Source: Aquificota bacterium | GTDB taxonomy: Bacteria; Aquificota; Aquificia; Aquificales; QOAS01 | Assembly (NCBI GenBank): GCA_013154305.1 | Contig: JAADCT010000005.1 | Coordinates: 1 to 48,234 of the forward strand | Direction: 5' to 3' | Length of the DNA stretch: 48,234 bases | Program-made: the position numbers and the translations under genes | In this document: piece after piece, positions 10,343 to 18,830 of the stretch | Numbering within the stretch: the first letter of the stretch is position 1 | How the letters are laid out: each line of letters opens with the position of its first letter | Notes under the pieces: generated by a model | The model's input: only the letters and a program-made list of their open reading frames with translations | Databases searched by the model: none | Told to the model about the DNA's origin: nothing

Positions 10343-11170
10343 TTGGTCATGAACCTCGAGGCGTTCCTCCGGACGGTGTCCCAACAGGTGGACCGCAAAA
10401 TCGACGAACTCCTAAAGCCCTTCGAACCGAAGGTCCTCTACGAGGCGATGCTCTACTACCTGAAGGGGGGAGGGAAGAGAATTCGGCCCGCTTTGACGGC
10501 GATGGGGGCCTTCATTACCGGCGGCCATCCCGAGGACGCCTTTACGGTGGGAACGGCGATAGAGTTCATCCACAACTATTCGCTCATTCACGACGACCTG
10601 CCGGCCATGGACGACGACGACTTTAGACGGGGAAAACCCAGCTGCCACAAGGCCTTCGGCGAGGACCTGGCCATCTTGGCCGGCGACGCCCTTTTGACCT
10701 ACGCCTTTCAGGTTTTGTCGGACGCCTCCCTCTTTAAGAAGGTCTCCGCGGAGCGGCTCCTAAGAGTTTCCAACCTGATAGCCCGAAAGGCGGGAATAGA
10801 GGGTATGGTCAAGGGCCAGGTCATGGACGTCAGGAAGCTCGGCGACCCGGAGGAGGTGGCCCGCTACAAGACGGCGGCGCTGATAGAGGCCTCCCTCGTT
10901 TCGGGCGCCCTCTTGGGCAGTCCCACCGAAAGGGAGCTCGAGCTCCTTTCCAAAATCGGGGAGAAGGTGGGAATCCTCTTTCAGGTCGTCGACGACTACC
11001 TCGACAAGGAGGGCTTTTACGAGGTTTTCGGACCGGAGGGTACCAAGGAGGTGGCCCAAACCTTTGCCTCCATGGCCCTCCAGCTGATAAGGGAGCTCAA
11101 CAAACCGGAAAAGACCAAACTGCTGGAGGAGTTCGTCTACTTCCTCCTAAAGAGGATGGAAGAAGGATAG
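10343..11170 (+). CDS. ispA: Polyprenyl (farnesyl/geranylgeranyl) diphosphate synthase
   Basis: First Asp-rich motif LIHDDLPAMDDDDFRRGKPSCH and second motif FQVVDDYLD. An alternative ATG lies at 10349. Confidence 0.9.
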   Translation: MVMNLEAFLRTVSQQVDRKIDELLKPFEPKVLYEAMLYYLKGGGKRIRPALTAMGAFITGGHPEDAFTVGTAIEFIHNYSLIHDDLPAMDDDDFRRGKPSCHKAFGEDLAILAGDALLTYAFQVLSDASLFKKVSAERLLRVSNLIARKAGIEGMVKGQVMDVRKLGDPEEVARYKTAALIEASLVSGALLGSPTERELELLSKIGEKVGILFQVVDDYLDKEGFYEVFGPEGTKEVAQTFASMALQLIRELNKPEKTKLLEEFVYFLLKRMEEG

Positions 11171-11225
11171 GGGCTTTTTCCCCTCGGGGTATTTTCCCCG
11201 AGGAAACCCCCGGGGGAAGGGACGC

Positions 11226-12509
11226 CTACGCGCCGAACCGGTAAACGACCCTTCCCTCCTTAATCGTGTAGACGACCTTTCCGACCAGTTTGCGGCCGAA
11301 AAAGGGGGAATTTCTGCTCTTTGAGGGGTTGGTTCTTTCGTCGAAGACCCACTCCTTTTTCAGGTCAAAGACCACGACGTCGGCGACCGTTCCCTCCCTG
11401 AGGGTTCCCAGCTCCGGATGGAGGCCCAAAATTTTTGCCGGAACCGTGGAAAGAACCTCGACGAGCCTCCTTAAGGAGATGAGACCCTCGTTGTAGAGCG
11501 CCACCAGCGCCGGCAGGGCCACCTGAAAGCCGAGCATGCCCGGCGGAGCCTCGTCCAGCGGCCTTTCCTTTTCGTGGGGCGCGTGGGGGGCGTGGTCGGT
11601 TCCCACGCAGTCTATCGTTCCGTCGGCGAGGGCCTCTATCAGCGCGCGGCGGTCCTCCTCGGTCCTGAGGGGAGGATTTACCTTGGCCAGCGAACCGTAC
11701 TTTAAAACGGCCTCCTCCGTAAGGAGGAGGTGGTTGGGATTCACCTCCGCCGTTATCGAGACGCCCTTTTCCTTGAAGAGTTTGAGGAGTTCGACGGTCT
11801 CCTTTGCCGTAACGTGCTGAACGTGGAGCCGCGCGCCGGTAATTTGGGCCAAGTATCCGTCGCGGGCGACCGCCACCGCCTCGGCGGCCCGACTCCGGCC
11901 CTCGAGGCCCAAAAGGGCCGAAACCTTTCCCTCGTTTAAGTGCCCGCGCGAAAGCGCGGGAATTTCCGCGTGGTCCATTATCAAAAGCCCGCAGTCGGCC
12001 GCCCACTCGAAGGCGGTTCTAAGGAGGGCCTCGTCGGTCGGGGTCGTTCCGTCGTCGGTCAGGGCGACGGCACCGGCCTCCTTGAGGGCGCAAAATTCGG
12101 TCAGCTCCCGCCCCTTGCGGCCCTTGGTCAGGGCGGCCGCCGGAAGGAGCCTAACGAGACCGACTTCTGCGGCCCTCATTATCTGATAGCGGACGACGGC
12201 CGGGTCGTCGGTCTCCGGCTCGGTGTTCGGCATCGAAACGACCGTCGTAAAGCCGCCGAAGACGGCCGCCCTCGAGCCGCTTTCTATGTCCTCCTTGTAG
12301 GTGTAGCCGGGGTCGCGCAGGTGGGCGTGGAGGTCGACGAAGGCGGGCGCAACGACGCAGCCGCGGGCGTCCAAAATCTCCGCCCCCGGCGGGGGTTTGA
12401 GGTTCCTGCCCACCTTGGAGACTTTTCCGTTTTCCACCAGCAGGTCGAAAAGGCCTTCCAAATTCCGGGAGGGGTCGACCAGGTATCCGCCCTTTATCAG
12501 GAGCGCCAT
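11226..12509 (-). CDS. pyrC: Dihydroorotase
   Basis: APAFVDLHAHLRDPG, the metal-binding HxH motif, TDHAPH and an amidohydrolase fold pattern. Confidence 0.93.
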   Translation of the reverse strand: MALLIKGGYLVDPSRNLEGLFDLLVENGKVSKVGRNLKPPPGAEILDARGCVVAPAFVDLHAHLRDPGYTYKEDIESGSRAAVFGGFTTVVSMPNTEPETDDPAVVRYQIMRAAEVGLVRLLPAAALTKGRKGRELTEFCALKEAGAVALTDDGTTPTDEALLRTAFEWAADCGLLIMDHAEIPALSRGHLNEGKVSALLGLEGRSRAAEAVAVARDGYLAQITGARLHVQHVTAKETVELLKLFKEKGVSITAEVNPNHLLLTEEAVLKYGSLAKVNPPLRTEEDRRALIEALADGTIDCVGTDHAPHAPHEKERPLDEAPPGMLGFQVALPALVALYNEGLISLRRLVEVLSTVPAKILGLHPELGTLREGTVADVVVFDLKKEWVFDERTNPSKSRNSPFFGRKLVGKVVYTIKEGRVVYRFGA

Positions 12510-12533
12510 CTAAGGGGAATTTTCGCCCGTTTG

Positions 12534-12542
12534 TGGAATAAT
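12534..12542 (+). promoter_or_regulatory. Extended -10-like element TGgAATAAT, 11 nt upstream of the yjbQ ATG
   Basis: The sequence tgTGgAATAATttgctcttgcgATG lies in the 44-nt pyrC/yjbQ divergent gap and has no SD. The same TGnAATAAT element occurs twice at the dksA/argS gap. Confidence 0.35.
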
Positions 12543-12553
12543 TTGCTCTTGCG

Positions 12554-12961
12554 ATGCCGCTGAGGGTCTTTGAGGTCAAAACGCCGTCCCACACCGCCTT
12601 CGTCGACGTGACCGAAAAGGTGCGTTCGTTCGTCCGCGAGGTGGGCCCTAAGGAGGGCCTTTGCGTCGTTTACGTTCCCCACACCACGGCGGCGGTCTTT
12701 ATAAACGAGGGGGCCGACCCTTCGGTGGTGCGCGACATAGCCTACAAGCTCGACCAACTGGTGGAGTGGAACGACCCCAACTACCGCCACCTGGAGGGAA
12801 ATTCGGCCGCCCACATTAAGAGCGCGATTATCGGAAACTCGAGGGTAATACCGGTTGCCGACGGCGAACTTCTCCTGGGAACCTGGGAGGCGATATTCCT
12901 GGCCGAATTCGACGGTCCAAGAACGCGGAGGTTAATCGTTCAAGTTATACCTGTAATATAA
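12554..12961 (+). CDS. yjbQ: YjbQ/UPF0047 family protein (secondary thiamine-phosphate synthase-like)
   Basis: GLCVVYVPHTTAAVFINEGADPSV...HLEGNSAAHIKSAIIGNS...LGTWEAIFLAEFDGPR matches the UPF0047 signature. Confidence 0.85.
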   Translation: MPLRVFEVKTPSHTAFVDVTEKVRSFVREVGPKEGLCVVYVPHTTAAVFINEGADPSVVRDIAYKLDQLVEWNDPNYRHLEGNSAAHIKSAIIGNSRVIPVADGELLLGTWEAIFLAEFDGPRTRRLIVQVIPVI

Positions 12962-12962
12962 A

Positions 12963-13694
12963 ATGGCAAACAACAAAGCGACTTATAATGAGCGGCTTTT
13001 TCAAAAAAGTAGGATTCGGCGCTTTTTACACCTCCAACGATACTTTTGGCTCAAAAAAGTTTACGAAAGTTTTGTCGGTAATAAACCGGCTAAAGTTTTG
13101 GAGCTGGGATGTTACGACGCAAAAACCTTAGAATTTATACCTAAACCGGAAAAGTATGTTTGTTTTGATGCCAATTGGGAGGGTGGTTTGGACCTGGCGA
13201 AGAAAAATTACGGAAGTCTAACCTATTGTTCTTTTTTTGAAAGCAACCATCCGGCGGACCTATCGTTAATCGAAGAAACCTTTGACGTCTTTATAAGTAT
13301 GGAAACTTTCGAGCACATAAAAACCTCCCTGGTAGAGGAATATTTAAAGCAAGTAACTTTGAAGTTAAAAAAAGGGGCTTGGATATTTATAACGGTTCCT
13401 AACGAAATCGGTTTGCCCTTATTAATTAAGTACGCGGCCAAGGCAGCGTTTAAGAAGTTCGGTAAAAGTTCCGATTTTGGTGCAGAAACCTATTCTTTTA
13501 AAGAATTGTATTACGGATTTTTGGGGAAAACCGAAAAGGTTAAAAGGGTTGAAGGAGGCCACAAAGGTTTTAACTGGAAAAACTTTCAAAACTTGCTAAC
13601 GAAGTACTTCGACTTAGTTAAGGTAGAGGGAATACCTTTTAGCCGATTTCCGTCTTTGTCTTTCCAAGTTGGTCTGGTTTTGAAAAATCGGTAG
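12963..13694 (+). CDS. Class I SAM-dependent methyltransferase (small-molecule/glycan type, not a DNA methyltransferase) with low-GC foreign composition
   Basis: Degenerate motif I VLELGCYDAKT, post-I acidic residue YVCFDAN, motif II FDVFISMETFEHI and motif III KKGAWIFITVPN. It has no (D/N)PP(Y/F) or PCQ motif. Hand-counted GC is about 37-38% over 12961-13080, against about 53-60% in the flanks. Confidence 0.75.
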   Translation: MANNKATYNERLFQKSRIRRFLHLQRYFWLKKVYESFVGNKPAKVLELGCYDAKTLEFIPKPEKYVCFDANWEGGLDLAKKNYGSLTYCSFFESNHPADLSLIEETFDVFISMETFEHIKTSLVEEYLKQVTLKLKKGAWIFITVPNEIGLPLLIKYAAKAAFKKFGKSSDFGAETYSFKELYYGFLGKTEKVKRVEGGHKGFNWKNFQNLLTKYFDLVKVEGIPFSRFPSLSFQVGLVLKNR

Positions 13695-13703
13695 GTGAAG
13701 TCT

Positions 13704-16442
13704 ATGAAAGGTTTAAACCTGATAAACAAGTGCGGTCTCGCCTTCGAGGTCGGTTTTAAGGAAAACTTCCTGAGGAGGGACCTCGGATACGAACCCGAAC
13801 GCGGTCTGGAGGAGTTTTTTTACCAAAAGGGGTTGGCCCTCGGCTACTACTTTCGCCTCTTTCGGCCGGGAGAACTTTCGGCCGGGGAAGTGGCCGACGA
13901 CCCGCGGACGGCGGTCGTCTGCTGCAACGACGAACGAAGGGTTCGCTTCGAGTTTGAGAGGGCCGACGTCCTTCTCTACCATCCCGCGGAAACCTATTTG
14001 GTCGAACTGACCACAACGCAGGACTTTTATCCGACGGCCAATCTTTTGGGACGAAAGCGCTTGGACAAAGGGCCGCGGGGCGTGGGTCTCGACCTTCCGG
14101 CCAAGGAGGAGGCCCTCTTTCAGATTTTGGACAAGATTTTGGAGCACGCGGCCCGCCTCCGCCTGAGCACCTACAAAACGAGGGCCGAATACCACAAGGT
14201 GGTCCAACTCTTTAAGTACTTCTTTTCCTTCGTGGACCACCTTTTGCGGGAGGAAAAACCCTTCCCCGAGTGGTTTAACCTCCTCGTCGTTTATCCCCTC
14301 AGCGGTCCCTACTTTTTGCGCTTCAGGGGGGAATTGATTAAAAACTACGCCCTCGGCAGGCGCGAGCGGTTGAGGGAGGCCGCCGGCGAGCTGGCGGAGA
14401 ACCTTTACGAGCTTCGGACGCGCGACGACTTTCTCTACGAGGTTTCCCCCCAAGAGGTCAGGGTTTTCGAACCGGAAACCTTCGAAAGCGGCCTCTCCGT
14501 AGAGGAACTCCGAAAGGTGGTAAGGGAGAAGGTTCTCTCCGCACCGCGGGGGGTCCTGAACTTTTTGGGTTACTCCATAGGGGCGGGAAAGACGACCGCC
14601 ATCGTCGAGAGGATAAAGAGGGAAGTTTCCTCCGGAAGGAGGGTTTTGGTCTTTTACTTTTCGCCGCTGAAGTTTTTGAACGAGAGCGTTCGAAAGAAGT
14701 TCGAATCGATAGACGGCGCGCTGGTGGTCGACGACTCGGCGGTCGAGAGTTTGCGGACGAAGCGGAGGCCGGGGCTCTTTTACGAGCGAAAGGACCACAC
14801 CGAAGTTCGAAAAACGGGAAAGCTGAAGGCCCTCCGACGCCTTCTCGAGGGGAAGGAGTGGAAAAATGCGCCGCTGACGGCCGTTTTGACGACGACCCAC
14901 TCGCTGCTGCCGACAAAGGGAAACACCTCTACCGCCCGCTGGCTTCGCGGCATTTTGGCCGAATTTTTCCGCGAGGGGGACTCGGTTTACTTCGTCTTCG
15001 ACGAGGTAGGCGGGAGCGAGAACTTCCTCGGCGCCCTCCACGAGGTTTTAGAACTTCCCGAAGTTTATCGAAACAGGGAAAGGATTTCCTTCTTTTTGCT
15101 GGACGCCAACATGCCGGTAAACGGTTTCCCCTACTGGTTTGAAAAGGGCAAGGAGGGCCGCTTCAACGTCGAAGGCTTTTTAACCGTAAAAGAGCACGAC
15201 GGAAGGGCCCTCTTTGAGGAGGGCTTTGAGGTCGAAACCCTGTCGGGAAAAAAGTACGGGGGCACCTTTTACGGGGGAACCGCCTTTCCCGCCCGCCGTT
15301 TGGTCGTGAAGGGGAGAATTTACCCGCCGGCGCGGGAGCGGGAGGACCTCCTTCACCGGGTGGTCGAATACCTCGAAGGGGAACTGAGGAGGTTCGAGGA
15401 CGGTCTGGCGGTCTACATTCAGGACAAGAGGCTCATTCCCCTTTTGGCGGAGCACTTTGAAAAACGGGGCGTAAAGGTGGCGATGGTTACAAGGGAGGTC
15501 CGAAAGACCAACCCCTCGGCCCGGTTGGTGTTTTTCACTTCGGCGGGGGCCCGCGGCGTCGACGTTCCCAAGCGAAAGATTGCGGTCTTTTTGAACACCC
15601 TGAACCCGAGCCTCGAGCTTTTAAACGCCGTTCAGGCCGTCGGACGCATCCGCGGCCTTGAAAACGAAGGCAACCTCGACAAGGAGGTCGAACTAATCTT
15701 TGCCGGAACCGACCCGGGGGAGGAACCCTTCGTCTACTACGCCCTGGCCGAAAACCTCCTGAACCTGACGAAGAAACTCGTCTCCTACCAGGTTTCCCTA
15801 AAGGACCGCCGGGAGGTATACCTACTCTTTCCTCCCCAAAGTTGGAAAGAGTACGGGGGCTTTACCCTTTACGAGCTTCTCGCGCGGCTGCGCTCCCTGG
15901 TGGGTTTGAAAATTCCCGAGCTGCGACCTTTGGAGGAGGTTTTGGTCCCGCTTCTGGAGGACCTGCGACCGAGGGTCGTCTCGGTCCGAAGGACGAAGGA
16001 GGAACTCTTCCTCTTTCCCTACTACTGTTTTAAGGCGCGGCTGACCGTTTTGGTAAAGGTTCCGCGGAAACGGCTTTCGGTCTTTTTGGAGGAGGTGGAC
16101 CGGCTTTTGGAAACGCCCGAACTTTCGGCCTCCTTCAAGGCCGAGCTGGCCGAGCTGGCCGAACACCTGACGGAGCTAAAGGGCGGGGAGAACGAGTTCG
16201 TCGGTTATTCGGCCCTCTGGCTGGGCGAAACTCCCCCGCTCTTAGAAAAACCCTTTAAGGATTACCGGCTCCTTTTGAAGGGGGAAAGGGTTCGCGTCGA
16301 GCGCTTTTTCGAAGAGCGGCTGGGAATGAGGGGCCTCGAGTGCACCGTGGCGGTCGAAAACGCCCTCCTTTTGCCCCTGGCGGAGGTCTCGCTGGTTTCC
16401 AAACTTCCCCTGCCGAAGGTACCCTTATACTTGGTGGGCTGA
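13704..16442 (+). CDS. SF2 (DExH-like) helicase/translocase-family ATPase with uncharacterised N-terminal (about 280 aa) and C-terminal (about 250 aa) domains
   Basis: The full SF2 motif set is in the expected order:
- motif I GYSIGAGKTT (GAGKTT at nt 14580-14597);
- motif Ic-like AVLTTTHSLL;
- motif II FVFDEVGG (DEVGG at nt 15000-15014);
- motif III-like FFLLDANMP;
- motif V LVFFTSAGARGVDVP;
- motif VI QAVGRIRG (nt 15633-15656).
I prefer the ATG at 13704, which has AGGTGA 5 nt upstream. The ORF track starts at the GTG at 13695. Confidence 0.7.
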   Translation: MKGLNLINKCGLAFEVGFKENFLRRDLGYEPERGLEEFFYQKGLALGYYFRLFRPGELSAGEVADDPRTAVVCCNDERRVRFEFERADVLLYHPAETYLVELTTTQDFYPTANLLGRKRLDKGPRGVGLDLPAKEEALFQILDKILEHAARLRLSTYKTRAEYHKVVQLFKYFFSFVDHLLREEKPFPEWFNLLVVYPLSGPYFLRFRGELIKNYALGRRERLREAAGELAENLYELRTRDDFLYEVSPQEVRVFEPETFESGLSVEELRKVVREKVLSAPRGVLNFLGYSIGAGKTTAIVERIKREVSSGRRVLVFYFSPLKFLNESVRKKFESIDGALVVDDSAVESLRTKRRPGLFYERKDHTEVRKTGKLKALRRLLEGKEWKNAPLTAVLTTTHSLLPTKGNTSTARWLRGILAEFFREGDSVYFVFDEVGGSENFLGALHEVLELPEVYRNRERISFFLLDANMPVNGFPYWFEKGKEGRFNVEGFLTVKEHDGRALFEEGFEVETLSGKKYGGTFYGGTAFPARRLVVKGRIYPPAREREDLLHRVVEYLEGELRRFEDGLAVYIQDKRLIPLLAEHFEKRGVKVAMVTREVRKTNPSARLVFFTSAGARGVDVPKRKIAVFLNTLNPSLELLNAVQAVGRIRGLENEGNLDKEVELIFAGTDPGEEPFVYYALAENLLNLTKKLVSYQVSLKDRREVYLLFPPQSWKEYGGFTLYELLARLRSLVGLKIPELRPLEEVLVPLLEDLRPRVVSVRRTKEELFLFPYYCFKARLTVLVKVPRKRLSVFLEEVDRLLETPELSASFKAELAELAEHLTELKGGENEFVGYSALWLGETPPLLEKPFKDYRLLLKGERVRVERFFEERLGMRGLECTVAVENALLLPLAEVSLVSKLPLPKVPLYLVG

Positions 16443-16446
16443 GGCA

Positions 16447-18819
16447 ATGCTCGAGCTTCTGGGACGGCTGTTTGAGGGCCCGGCTCCGAAGCTGGCCTCC
16501 AAAAGTTGCGAGGAGTTCCGAGTCGAAACCTCCGAGAGGCTCGACCTTTTTTTCAACCTTCCCGGACTCGGGGAGGAGTTCGCCTGTCCGAAACTGGGAC
16601 AAATTTTAAAGACCTTCGCCGAGAGGAAGGCCACCCTTTTGAGACTGGCGCAGCTGGCGGTGGTCCGAAACGACCAGAGGCTCTGGAATTTCGTCGGAAA
16701 GGCCGTTGACCGCTTCGTCGAGGGGCTCGAAGGGTTGGAGGTTCCGCCCTTGGAAAAGCTTCCGCCCCCGGAGCGGGTAAAAAAACCCGAAACGGGCCTG
16801 AGCGAGCTTCCGGTGGACAAAAGGCCCTTTAGGTTGGTTTCGCTCAAGAGGGGGCGGGGCAAGGAGCTCGAACTGGCAAAGGTTTGCTTCGAAAGAAAGG
16901 GCGGGGGTCCCGACGTCTCGGCCGAGGACCGCCGGCGCCTTCTCGACCTTTTGGAGGAGCTGGTGGATTTGCTCCCCCTTTCGGAAAAGGAAATGGGTCT
17001 CCTCAAAAGGGTTTTGGAGGTTTTCAAACGCTACTCGGAAGGTCCGGCCGACTCGACCCTGCCGCGGGGGGCCTTCAGGTCCTACCTTCTGCAGCACTTT
17101 TTTCCCTTTAAGCTGGAGGCGGCAATCCGCGCCGACGGGCGGCTGGTTTGCTTTCGCTTTGCCCGCCGCCTCGGGGAAAAACCGCCCTCCGACCGAAAGG
17201 TTCTGAAAGAGTGGGCGACCGAACTTCTGGCCTCCTGGAGGGAGGGAAAGGACGACTGCCACGACGAGCGGGGGGCCGCGGGCGGCTCCATCGAAAAGAG
17301 GCTTCCGCTTAAGGTCGTCTTTTTCCGGGCCCTCAAGCGCTACCTTCTGGCGCGGCTGGAGGCGGACTATTACGGCATCCGCTGCCTAAAGAATAAAGAC
17401 CTGCTGAAGGCGTTGGCCGGGGAGCTGGAGCGGCTTTTGGAGTCGCCGCTTTTTGCCGAGCTGGCCGAGGAGTTTTTCAGGCTGGCGGCGGCCAACGTCG
17501 TCTTTTACCGCTTTTACGAGGTTCTAAGGAGGGAGGTTCCCGAAAGGGGCGGCGAGGTCGGCTTTGAGGCGGGCGTTTACTCCTACGACGAGAGGCGGCC
17601 GCCGACTTTTATAAAAGACCTCCGGGTGGTGGGGGAGGTTTCCTCCTTTGCGGTGGTTTTGAGCGTCGGCGGCGGGGCCAACGAGCTGCGGCCGCTGATT
17701 TCAAAGCTGCAGGACGAGCTTCGGCGGCGGTTGGGGAAAAAGGTGACCTTTACCAATTGGAATCTGGACTTGGTTTTGGGCAAGGGTCCGCCGGCGGCCA
17801 AGATTTTAAGGCTCTTTCTCTTCGGCGAGGCTTTGGGCCGCTTGGGCGTTCCCGTCTTCGTGGCCTATCCCGAAAGGAGGAGGGCAAACAGGTACTACGA
17901 CCTAACGGAGGTTTTGAAGTTTTTTACCCACAAGCAGTTTTTAACGCTTTCGGCCCTGGAGAGGTTTGAGGGGGGCGCCGGCCGCCTGGTGGTGGAAAAC
18001 GCCCTCTCTTCTCTCCTCAAGGGGGTAAGGAGCGTTTCGGCCACCGTCGGCGTTCCCTATCCCTTCGCCAAACCGCTGGAGGTGGGCCTGCTTTTGACCG
18101 AGCAGTTTAACTCCGCCTTTTCCCCGGAGGAGCTGCGCGAGCTGGGTCTGCAGGGACAGGGACACTTTTTCGGCGGCGGGAGGCTTTTTAAGGTTTCCTT
18201 TTCTCCCGCCGAAGGCGGGCTTTTGAACCTGAGGATAGAACTTTTGGGCCGATACTTCTTCCTTCCGCTGATTTTCGGCGGCGGGCTGAAGGTGGTGGCA
18301 GGCCCGGACGCCGCCATCGGGGCCGACCACCTGCTCCACGTGACGCAGTTTTCGGACGAGGAGGTCAACGCGGCGGTCGAAAACGGCGTTACCCAATTTT
18401 TGGACTGGAGGCCCGTTTACCGCTCGAGGGGTTTCTTTGCAGCCGAGGTTCCCCTTTGGGTTCTGAAGAGGAGAAACAACCGCGTGAAGTTTGCCGAGGG
18501 TTTCGAACTGGGATTGGTGGAGGGGGAGGGAAACGAGTACGCCTTCGTCACCCTGCCGGCCTCGAGGGAGCAAACGGGTGCCAACGCCTTCGTCGTCCGC
18601 TTTAGGGACCTTTCCGAAACCGACCGCCTCGTTTTGAAGTATTCGATGCTGGCCTTGGGCCTCTTTAGCTCCGACGCGGTTGCCGGCTACGAGTACACGC
18701 GGCCGAAGTCGGAAAGGGAACACCTTTATTCGAAAAAGTTTTGGCTGAAGGTGGGAAAGAGGGAGTTTCTGTTTTACTACCTGAACGCGGTTTGCGACTA
18801 CATGGTTGCGGCCTACTAA
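16447..18819 (+). CDS. Hypothetical 790-aa protein with no recognisable domain, coupled to the upstream SF2 ATPase
   Basis: The ORF is long, uninterrupted and has host-like codon usage. Its ATG lies 4 nt after the upstream stop (tga ggca ATG). I find no P-loop, TM segment, Cys cluster or nuclease motif by eye. Confidence 0.6.
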   Translation: MLELLGRLFEGPAPKLASKSCEEFRVETSERLDLFFNLPGLGEEFACPKLGQILKTFAERKATLLRLAQLAVVRNDQRLWNFVGKAVDRFVEGLEGLEVPPLEKLPPPERVKKPETGLSELPVDKRPFRLVSLKRGRGKELELAKVCFERKGGGPDVSAEDRRRLLDLLEELVDLLPLSEKEMGLLKRVLEVFKRYSEGPADSTLPRGAFRSYLLQHFFPFKLEAAIRADGRLVCFRFARRLGEKPPSDRKVLKEWATELLASWREGKDDCHDERGAAGGSIEKRLPLKVVFFRALKRYLLARLEADYYGIRCLKNKDLLKALAGELERLLESPLFAELAEEFFRLAAANVVFYRFYEVLRREVPERGGEVGFEAGVYSYDERRPPTFIKDLRVVGEVSSFAVVLSVGGGANELRPLISKLQDELRRRLGKKVTFTNWNLDLVLGKGPPAAKILRLFLFGEALGRLGVPVFVAYPERRRANRYYDLTEVLKFFTHKQFLTLSALERFEGGAGRLVVENALSSLLKGVRSVSATVGVPYPFAKPLEVGLLLTEQFNSAFSPEELRELGLQGQGHFFGGGRLFKVSFSPAEGGLLNLRIELLGRYFFLPLIFGGGLKVVAGPDAAIGADHLLHVTQFSDEEVNAAVENGVTQFLDWRPVYRSRGFFAAEVPLWVLKRRNNRVKFAEGFELGLVEGEGNEYAFVTLPASREQTGANAFVVRFRDLSETDRLVLKYSMLALGLFSSDAVAGYEYTRPKSEREHLYSKKFWLKVGKREFLFYYLNAVCDYMVAAY

Positions 18820-18830
18820 TTGGTAGAGGG

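Noticed and set aside
9947-10384. 145-aa long form of Hfq, and similarly the 178-aa long form of the DksA-like protein (29918-30454)
   Set aside because: In both cases homology begins at an internal Met preceded by a GGAGG-type SD (10225 for hfq, 30352 for the dksA-like gene). The upstream extensions are basic, low-complexity read-through of the intergenic or promoter region.
11170-11225. Short GC palindromes as intrinsic terminators: GGGGCTTTTTCCCCTCGGGGTATTTT after ispA; the same CCCCTCGGGG plus a T-run at 32242-32260 after argS; CCCCTTTTGCCAAAAAGGGG at 32266-32285; CTCCCTTCGGGGAG at 21688-21701 after lptB
   Set aside because: The stems are only 3-8 bp. Most lack a proper downstream U-tract, or have loops too small to fold. 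This is weak evidence for terminators in a thermophile, so I did not report them as features. Term-seq could settle it.
13695-14540. A possible PD-(D/E)xK or RecB-like nuclease motif in the N-terminal domain of the SF2 protein (RADVLLYHPAETYLVELTTTQDFY)
   Set aside because: The pattern D...E-x-T lacks the catalytic Lys, and QDFY does not fit QxxxY. A by-eye match is too weak to call, so the domain is left unassigned pending profile or structure comparison.
12963-16442. Reading the methyltransferase plus the adjacent SF2 ATPase as a Type I or Type III restriction-modification system (Mod/HsdM plus Res/HsdR)
   Set aside because: The methyltransferase is small (243 aa), lacks the (D/N)PP(Y/F/W) motif of N6A/N4C enzymes and the PCQ/ENV motifs of C5 enzymes, and has no target-recognition domain. 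It looks like a small-molecule or glycan O- or C-methyltransferase. Its composition also differs completely from that of the helicase, so the two genes do not share a history.
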